Shown here: positions 55,731 through 64,000 of the stretch, in pieces
Numbering within the stretch: the first letter of the stretch is position 1
Layout: every line of letters begins with the position of its first letter
NCBI GenBank assembly: GCA_964016885.1
Contig: OZ024755.1
Location: forward strand, 41,788,001-41,852,000
Source: Eledone cirrhosa
Lineage: Eukaryota
DNA length: 64,000 bases
Direction of reading: 5' to 3'
Position numbers and translations under genes: made by a program
Notes under the pieces: model-generated
Databases searched by the model: none
Seen by the model: the letters and a program-made list of their open reading frames with translations, nothing else
What the model was told of the DNA's origin: nothing

Positions 55731-56643
55731 CGAGGTGTGTCAGAAAAGTTCCAGGACTGATGTCACAAAAGATTTATTTCAAACCCAAACTTCACACTAA
55801 GAGTTTTCTCCTTCAAAGTAATCCCCCTGGAGTATGTAACTGTAATCTTAGCTCTCTGCAGCGATCAAACTTTTTCTTCATAATTTTATATACATGTCCT
55901 CTGTTTCAGGTCGTCAAGCAATGAGCACAGAGCAACGAACAAACTTGAAGTTTCTGGTACGGTTGCTGCAGCAAGTGTATGGAGATGAGACGATGAGACG
56001 CTCACGTGTTTTTGAGTGGTGCAAGAGGTTTAAAGAAGGACGCGAGGACGTGGAAGATGACCCCAGGAGCGGAAGGCCCTCAACAACCAAGACTGAGGTC
56101 AACGTTGAGCGCGTCAGGCAGATGGTGCGTAGCGATTGTCGGCTGACTGTTCGACTGATGGCAAATGAGCTGGGCATGAATCGGGACAGCGTCTGGAAGG
56201 TTCTCACTGAAGATTTGGACTTGCGGAAAGTCTGCTCGAAGATGGTTCCAAAAGTACTGAACGATGACCAGAAGGGTCGACGCATGCAAGTGTGCCAGGA
56301 CATCCTCGAGCGTCTTGAAACCGAACCAGACTTGCTAGGGACAGTCATCACCGGTGATGAGTCATGGATCTTCGAGTACGACGCGGAGGGGACCCGTTTT
56401 GAAGACGTGGACGACATCGAAATCGAAAATGCAACTGGAGTCTTTTTTTAAAATGCCGTGACGACAGAACTGCGGAGGATCCCGGAAGAATCCTTCCAGG
56501 AGTGCATGCAAGCGTGCAGAAAAGGATGGAAAAATGCATTAGACTCCAGGGGGATTACTTTGAAGGAGAAAACTGTTAGTGTGAAGTTTGGGTTTGAAAT
56601 AAATCTTTTGTGACATCAGTCCTGGAACTTTTCTGACACACCT

Positions 56644-56645
<2 letters not shown>
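55731..56645 (+). mobile_element. Internally deleted mariner-family DNA transposon
   Basis: ~70-bp TIRs (55731-55800 and 56576-56645), TA on both sides; transposase remnant inside. Confidence 0.93.
55921..56580 (+). pseudogene. Mariner transposase remnant (HTH + first catalytic D; central catalytic domain deleted)
   Basis: EQRTNLKF..VYGDE..VFEWCKRFKEGREDVEDDPRSGRP..VITGDESWIFEYD fused directly to C-terminal GTRFEDVDDI. Confidence 0.9.
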
Positions 56646-56695
<50 letters not shown>

Positions 56696-56749
56696 CCTAC
56701 TCTCAGGTCTTCAGGTTAACCCCAGCTACTGCTGGTGTTTATTTGTTTC

Positions 56750-56870
56750 AGATGTGTGGACAGGAACAATGTGAAATGGTGTGCCTTGCTCAAGGACACA
56801 ATACGTTGGCTTGTCACGGAATTGAACTCAGGACTTTACGATCGTAACAACTAAGTCACGTCCCTTCACA
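56750..56870 (-). mobile_element. tRNA-derived SINE 5' fragment
   Basis: Minus strand B-box-like GAGTTCAATTCC followed by TGTGTCCTTGAGCAAGGCAC. Confidence 0.6.
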
Positions 56871-56909
56871 TAGACATAGGGTGATGTATATACATATGCA
56901 AACATAATG

Positions 56910-57116
56910 ATTTCTACTTAAGACACAAGACCAGGGATTTGGGGAAAGAAAAGTCTATTATATTAACTCTAGAACATGATTAGTACTTTATTTTATCGAC
57001 CCCGGAAGGATAAAAGGTCAATTTGACCTCGGTGGGATTTTAACCCAGAAAGTAAAGAGATAGAACAAATAACACAAACGTATTTTATACGACGCTCAAC
57101 CTTACACACATTCGCC
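56910..57116 (-). mobile_element. tRNA-derived SINE with Deu/Nin-like core, degenerate
   Basis: Homologous to 57140-57326 (gtactttattttatcgacccc..aaggYaa..acctcggYgggattt). Confidence 0.65.
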
Positions 57117-57139
57117 CAAACATAGAAATACACATAATT

Positions 57140-57326
57140 GTTTCTACTTTTAGCACAAGGCCAGCAATTATCCCAGTGTATTACTGGTACTTTATTTTAT
57201 CGACCCCGTAAGGAGGCAAGGCAAAGTTAACCTCGGCGGGATTTGAACTCAGATCACAAAGGGCCGTAACTCTATGCTGCAAAGCATGGCGTCCGACCCT
57301 CTAACGATACTGCCAATCCGCCTCCC
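57140..57326 (-). mobile_element. tRNA-derived SINE with Deu/Nin-like core
   Basis: Minus strand A box TGGCAGTATCGTTAG, B box GAGTTCAAATCC, core GGGGTCGATAAAATAAAGTACCAG. Confidence 0.7.
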
Positions 57327-57794
57327 ATAGAAATACACATAATATAAAATAGATACACACATAAATACCATTTCGTCGTGGTAAGATTGTGTTAAGACTG
57401 AGAACTTCAACTGTAGACACTTCAAATTATTTACTTTAATTATCTACTTACTTAATTACATTAATTACACAATTACCTAATACATAAGGATTTCAGCTAG
57501 GAACTCTATATTTCTAATCATACCTCTTTGATTCTCAATTGAAGGGTTTTCTTCAGTGCCAAGACTGTCACCATAGTTATCGGGATATTATAGAACTGTG
57601 GACATCTATCGGTTTCGACAATGAATGTTCCAGTTGTTCGACAACCGGAACATTCCAGAGACATTTGTACTTTTATGGTAATTCTCAGGGAGATTCAGCG
57701 TGATACTGGGTACGACAGAATCGCTAAATGACAGGTGCTGTCTATCTGACCCAATTTCACTTACAGGTTTTGGATCGACCCAAGGGTAGAGTAA

Positions 57795-58035
57795 ATAACA
57801 CTTGCTCAACTGAACCTGCTCAATAACACTTGCTCAATTGAACCTGCTCAATCACACTTGCTCAACCCCACATGCTAAATCACACCTGCTAAATAGTAGA
57901 GGATCAACCACGCTTGCTCGATAACACAGGATCAATCACACTTGCTCAACAACAGAGGATCAACCACACTTGCTCAATAACAGAGGATCAATCGCACTTG
58001 CTCAACAACAGAGGATCAATCACAGTTGCTCAAGA
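57795..58035. repeat. Minisatellite, ~27-28-bp unit (cacttgctcaacaacagaggatcaatca)
   Basis: Recurrent cacttgctcaa and agaggatcaa. Confidence 0.8.
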
Positions 58036-58435
58036 AAACGCAGTGTTTTAGGCTCTGCTAGGCCCTAATATATAAGTCAAGTGGAATAACTAAATCAGGT
58101 GCAGTGACCAGACCAAACTTGACATTTCAGCTACCTCACTTATCATACGATAACACTCCACACTTACCAATGATCATATATTAAAAAAACGAACACAGTG
58201 AAAGATAACGTAAAAAAACAAAAACACGTGTGCAATATCACAAAGAAAACAAAACAAATCAATCAAAATTTGATCAGGTATTGATTGGTTATTTCCAGTG
58301 TCAGAAAGAATGGTTTAGTCAAAAATTTCAAGTGATTCTAAGACTTCTTCAATATGTTCCAGAGCTGCAGAAAGAAGAAAAAAGAAAGAATAAACCTCAG
58401 TAAACTATTGGAATAGAGAAGTGACGAAATAATGA

Positions 58436-59620
58436 TTGGAACTGAGGGCGGGACTCAGTGATCTGCGGGATAACGTCAGAAGTGCAGTAAATTACCGAAC
58501 TGTGTCTATTATTAGGTACAGTGCGGGAATTCTGAAATGGAACGTTACTGAACAAAAAGAAATGGATAGGAAGACTAGGAAGCTATTAACTATCTACAGT
58601 ATGTTCCACAAGAGGAGTGATGTCGATAGACTCTACTTAAAGAGATCTGAAGGTGGAAGAGGTCTTATCAGCATAGAGGACTGTGTTCAGATGGAGAAAA
58701 ACAGTCTGCACCAATATGAGTCTGAGAGTAAGGAGTCAATGCTCAAAGTTATATTGAAGAAGACAATAGACCAGGGGTATCCAAGGCGGAAATAACAACA
58801 AGGAGAAAGAGCAGCCTTCATGAAAAATCCCTTCATCGTACCTTCTTTAAGAAAACAGAATTTAGAGATCCACAGACATAGAACTGGTTAAAAAGAGGAG
58901 ACCTTAAAAAGCTACAGAAGGAATGCAAATGGCTGCGCAAGGGCAAGCCCTCAGAACGAAGTGGATGAAACATCATATTGACAAGGGGGAGGTTAGCTCA
59001 CTGTGTAGGATCTGTAGAGAGAATGTATCTGAATGTAAACACCTAGCCCAGACTCACTATAAAGGCTGGAGACATGATATAATAGGAAAGATGATTCACT
59101 GGCATTTGTGAAAATTAAATAATTTACCACATTCTGAGAAGTGATATGAGCATAAGTCAGAGTCGGTGATAGAAGACGATCAAGTGAAGGTGCTATGGGA
59201 TTTCAGGATACAGACGGACAAGAAATTAGAACACAATAGGCCTGACCTGGTGGTTTTTGACAAGGAAAAAATATCGTGCCTGATTGTAGATGTAGCCTGC
59301 CCATTTGACAAGAGAGTGCAAGGAAAGGAGAAGTAAAAATTTAACCGATACCAGGATTTAAAGTGGGAATTAAAAAGGATTTGAGACTGTTATGAGATCA
59401 AGGTCGTCCCGATTGTCATAGGAGCACTAGGTACTATCTCAAAGAGTTTTCAAGGATGATTAAAGAACATTAGTCCAGCCCCGTTTTTTGGAACACTTCA
59501 AAAAGCATGCTTGTTGGGAAATGCAAGAACCCACCGATACATCCTGAATATCTGAGGCTGCAGGCTTGATGTTCATTTGAACAAACTTTCCAGTTAAATA
59601 ACATCAATGACTGAGACTCC
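58436..59620 (+). mobile_element. 3' part of an R4/Dong-like RLE non-LTR retrotransposon, decayed, ending at (TAA)n
   Basis: DRKTRKLLT..H..SDVDRLYLKRSEGGRGL; CRIC..SECKHLAQTHYK.RHD; VLWDFRIQTD..HNRPDLVV..IVDVACPFD; VPIVIGALG. Confidence 0.85.

Positions 59621-59669
<49 letters not shown>
59621..59669. repeat. (TAA)16 tract shared by two convergent non-LTR elements
   Basis: Direct reading. Confidence 0.97.
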
Positions 59670-59672
<3 letters not shown>

Positions 59673-59894
59673 TCTTTATTAACCACAAGGGTTTACATAA
59701 AGTAGACATTAAGGACAGTACAGGACAATACAGGACGGTACAAATGGACATTTCTGCGTGTAAAAAAAAAACAGAGGATGTAATAAAAAATATCAATGAA
59801 AAATTCCCCAACAGGGGGGAGACTTCCGAGGGACATTTGTGGAGAAAGCCCATTAAAAGGCCACAGTGACCCTGACCAGTTTTCCAGCTTTAAT

Positions 59895-62800
59895 TTACAG
59901 ACAGATACTTAGAGTAGGCCCATTCACACGGGCCATACTTGCTTCTCTCACCCATCTTTCAACAAAATGCTGGGAAGAGAGCACTTCCCTCTCTACCCTG
60001 ATTTTCCTTTTCAAATGAAATTTGAAAAAGTTAATCAGGGCATCACCGAAGAGGTAAGTGCTCGTCTTCAACCCTTTCACGCGTGTCCACCATACTATCT
60101 CTTTCGCCATGGCCACGAGACAGATAAAAACTGCCTGCCCTTCCCGGCTAAAGGAAGAGGGCGGGGCAATCCTCACGATGGACTCAGCTGATAGCTGGAT
60201 CCGTCCTACACGTGACAGCAGGTGTTCGACATAAACCCAGAAGTCAGCAATGCTCGGACACTGGACGAGTGCGTGCAGGACGGTTTCGTCGCCCTGCGCG
60301 CATCTCGGACATGCCCGGCTAACGGCACCTCCATGCCTGTAGAGTTTATCCCGAACTGGCAAAGCTCCTCGGTAGCACTGCCAGGCCAGGGATTTCTGAA
60401 AGTTGTCCATAGGCCCCGGCCCGAAAGTCCTTCCGAGGAGATTGGCTAGTTGATTTTCGTCGACGCCTAGAGTTTCTCCAAGTACGTCGTCGCTATTCCC
60501 CTCGACTAATCCCCTATAGAAAGCCAAGGTGGAGTTTCCACCGATCACATTGCCAGATTGGTCGAGGGCTGTGAGCGCCTGAAGACATTCCAGTCTCCAA
60601 GCGCTCCCTCTCGGTCCTCGCTTGACCCAGGACTGCAGCTCCGTCAAGGAGACGAGCTGGGGAAAGACGTGTATAGCTAACGGCGACCACACCTGATCAC
60701 CGTCGAGGAAGAGGTGGAGATGTCGTAGCCTGAGCGCGTGTCTGCGCATCATCAACCACGGCATGCCCAGCCCTCCACGTAGCGGGTGTTGACAGCAGAT
60801 GAACCGTCTGACCATCGGAGCGCGTCCCTTCCACAAAAAGCGAAAGAGCAAACGCTCCAGCGCAGTCAGGCGGGGCTTAGGACAAGGTACGACGGTCAGG
60901 CGGTAGTAGATGACGGACGCGATGTACGCGCTATCCACCTCCGCTCGACCTTTCAGGGATAGCCACCCTGCTCGTCACCTCGTCCCAGCTTTTGTCCGTC
61001 TGGAGGTCCGGACCGAACCAGACCCCTAGCAATTTAACCGGTCCGTCCGTCCAGCGCCCGACGACGCTGTTGGACGGCATGGACCTGCCTCTCCAGGTGC
61101 CGAGCTGCAGGCCCACTGACTTTTCCTGGTTGATCATTGCTCCTGTCACCGCTTCGTATTCTCTTAGTGTAGTGCCGATCGCCTCGATGTGTTTGGCGTT
61201 CGACACCACTACGGTGACATCGTCCGCATATGCTGACACGGATCTTGCGCATCCTAGTTCGCGCGGGACCCCCCTCAACGTCTCCAGTTTGTGCAGTAAT
61301 GGCTCGAGAGTCAATACGTACAAGAGGGACGAGAGGGGATATCCTTGGGAGACCGAGCGCATTATGTTGAACGGTTCCGAAAGGTGACCGTTAACTCTCA
61401 CCACAGAGCAGATGTCACTGTGCATGGCAGGGATCCAGCCTCTGAAGACGGGCCCAAAGCCAGCCGCCCTCAGGACTGCCGCTAGGAAACGATGGTCGAC
61501 CCTATCGAATGCTTTCGACTGATCTAAATTGATCAAGGACCCACCCGTGCCAGGTTCCCTAGCTACCCTCTCTACGATGTATCGCATGAGGTGGAGGTTG
61601 TCGTGGATGGATTTGTCGGGAATGGCGCACGTCTGCGCCTCTCCCACCAGACCACCAACGACAAGCGCCAACCTCTTTGCTGGCACCTTGGCCAAAATCT
61701 TGAACTCTGTGTTTAGCATCTATGTTATCCCCCTTGTTCGGATCCTTTCTCAGCAGCGCCACAGCTTCTCGGCTCACAAAGCTGGAAATTCTCCCGTTCT
61801 GTTTCCAGTTGCAGTAGACGTCCGCCAAGAGGCCTCCGAACAAGTCTGGCATCTGTACGTCAAGTTCATAGGGCAGACCATCCAAACCAGGCGATTTACC
61901 CCTTGTGCAGCCAGTCATTGCCTCCCGTACTTCAGCGGCTGTTATCGGCTTTTCGCAACACTCCGCCTCAGTGGCCGAGAGCCGCGGCAGTCCTTCGAGA
62001 TAGACACTAAAGTCCATCCCTCGATCCGGCCCGCCGCTGCCCCCGAACAGCTGTGCGAAGTGTCGCTGAAAAGCTTCACACATTTGCCCGGGATCGAGTA
62101 GCATGCGCCCGTCGTGGTCCACCAAAGACCGGATCATGGCTTTGTTGCCACGACGCGCCTCCGCCACTAGGGCCCATTGAACGGCTTTCGTCCCCTCGTG
62201 TCTGAGAGCACGCACCCTAACTCTGACAACGCAGCCTTCGTGCTTTGCATTGAAGAATTGGTCAAGGGCCAATTTCGCCGCAAGTACGTCGGTCGCGATG
62301 CCTTTGCTAAGCGCCTCGTCTAATTTTCTAACTAATTCTCCCTCTGCTCTATTTTTCTCTATTGCTAAAGCCTTACTAAACCTAATGGACTCTATTCTAA
62401 TTGCTCTTTTCAGAGCAAACCACCACTTGTTGTTGACGATGGCCCCCGTCAACGCCCGCTTAACTAGTTCGTTAATCCGGTCTCTGTAGGCCTTGCGCGC
62501 TAGTAAGGGCGCGTTTAGCTTCCAGTAACCGAGTCCTCGTCTATGAAGCCTATCTAAGTCAAGCACACAGATCACGAATTTGTGGTCCGTGTAGCTGACT
62601 ATCTTGAATTGTGGACAGCCTATGCTAGACCTATCTATTTCGCTACAAAATACTCTATCTAGATATGATCTGGATGACCATATGCGATTTGTCCAAGTCC
62701 ACATTGGCACATTCGGGAAATCCAATCGGTACCTGTCAGACAGTTCAAAACGCCTGAGCATGTTGGTGAGACTCTTGCACCCTCCTCCCCTATCCGCTAA

Positions 62801-63262
62801 TCCCACACAGTCCCAGCGTGCATTAAAGATCCTGTTCCAGTCGCCCACTAACACTAAAGAGCGGGACGTTCCAAGAAAGGTCTCCAGACGCCGGAAGAAA
62901 TCAGGCTGCCCTACTCCTGTCGGGACATAGATGGCCACTAGCCTGAAAGCTTGCCCGTCTCTGCTGGTCACGTCCAGCACCACGAACTTACTTTCTGGGT
63001 CCAGGAAGATGGCCCGTATGGCGAGATCCAGACCTCTCCGAAAAAGCACAGCAACTCCTCTCCCCGATCTCGGACGGCTGGGAGATGCGTACACATCCTA
63101 GCTGCCGAAGATAGGTGCGAAGGCCCGTGCTTCGGAGATACTGGTCTCGCTGATGGCCACTACATCTATGTTTAGTGATCTGAGGTCGTTGAGCAGGTGG
63201 CCCTGCTTCCATGACGACTCCAAGCCAAGCGCATTTATGCTGCCTATTCTGAGTGAGGTCAT
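59895..63262 (-). pseudogene. LINE ORF2: APE endonuclease + reverse transcriptase + zf-RVT
   Basis: MTSLRIGSINALGL..VAISET; GVAVLF; VGDWN; SYLDRVF; TDH; WKLNA; KSPGLDGLPYE; LNTEFKILAK; LDQSKAFDRVDH; QGYPLS; AYADD; CPRC..ETVLHALVQC; one stop near 63100 and frameshifts near 61720 and 60960. Confidence 0.93.
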
Positions 63263-63296
63263 GTTGAAATGGAGTGGAAAAGATGGGAAAGACCAC

Positions 63297-64000
63297 TTAC
63301 CTTACTTCTCGTAGAGGAAGGATGGTTTCTCCATCCTTTTCACTGCTTGTGGCCTCCTCAGGGAGGATGCCCTTATAAATCCTCCTGGAGAGTGCTTGTC
63401 GGAAGTCTCCGATGTCTTTGGGGAATCTTTGTTTTAGTGTCATGTACGTTTTCTGTGTGATGCGAGTGATTTGTGTGTGTGGAGGTGGTGTGAATTTTTG
63501 GGTTGTTGTGTAGTCTTTTTCTGTTATGCTGGTGTTGTGTTGGATGTAGTATAATAATTGGTTGTTGTTCAAATTTAATGCTGTGTAGTGTGTACCGTTT
63601 TGGTTGTTTTGTTTTGTTTGTGTTTGTTGTGGGTTTGTTTCTGTTTCGCTTTTTGGTGACTTTTGTGATGTAGGTGATGGTGGTGTTGGGGTTAATGATG
63701 GTGATGGTGTTGATGTTTGGGGTGATGGGGTTGGTGATGCTGGTGTGGATGGTGGCATATCTGTCCTAACTTTTTTGTTTGATTGTTTATTTGTTTCCCT
63801 CTGTATTTTGTTTTTGGAGGGGGAAGGAAGAGAATTTTTTCTTTTTTGGTTTCTTTTTTTTCTTTTTTCCTGATACCATTTCCCACTCCTCGTAGTCACA
63901 ATCTGTCTCCAGTTGTGATAGGCCGGGGAGTGGAAAATCCTCCACAGGCGTTAGTTTTGGTTGTGGCGTGGTGGATGGTGTAGGCGCTGGTGCTAGTTCT
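63297..64000 (-). pseudogene. C-terminal part of LINE ORF1 (Pro/Thr/Ser- and Lys-rich), frameshifted
   Basis: Directly upstream of ORF2 on the same strand; ..EEWEMVSGKKKK.. then a low-complexity region and a stop at 63297. Confidence 0.65.

Larger units (their letters stand above)
59670..64000 (-). mobile_element. Tx1/L1-like LINE, running off the right edge of the window
   Basis: ORF1 remnant, ~34-nt spacer, APE-RT-zf ORF2, ~225-nt 3' UTR ending AATAAAgaaag-(TAT)n. Confidence 0.9.

Noticed and set aside
59967-63983. Plus-strand ORFs over the LINE, and antisense ORFs over the PLEs and mariner
   Set aside because: Shadow ORFs opposite real transposon coding sequence, with no motifs.

Overview
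Eukaryotic, gene-free, repeat-only window. The SINE and LINE families and the TA-microsatellite-rich landscape suggest an octopus-like mollusc (inference). Bases 1-~34,230 are one 39-bp satellite array (about 875 units, consensus ATGGAGTTAGGGAGGTACTGTTACCACATTAGTACAGAC) with kb-scale higher-order duplications; all ORFs called there are artefacts of the repeat. Bases ~34.3-64 kb hold decayed transposons separated by (TA)n tracts: three Penelope-like elements (PLEs; two Naiad-like, RT + GIY-YIG), two RLE-type non-LTR fragments, a Tx1/L1-like LINE, an internally deleted mariner, MITEs, tRNA-derived SINEs and a Helitron helicase fragment. The main signal is a dense set of type I hammerhead ribozyme (HHR) motifs from several unrelated families. 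Most sit in head-to-head fold-back insertions whose outer ends join (TA)n. They include a non-coding ~461-nt retrozyme-like unit with a perfect HHR, present as two differently permuted, greater-than-monomer arms; a second ~593-nt unit; two families with the compensatory U3-A8 core variant; and a PLE whose 5' end lies exactly at its predicted HHR cleavage site. All ribozyme calls come from reading motifs and base-pairing by eye and are untested.
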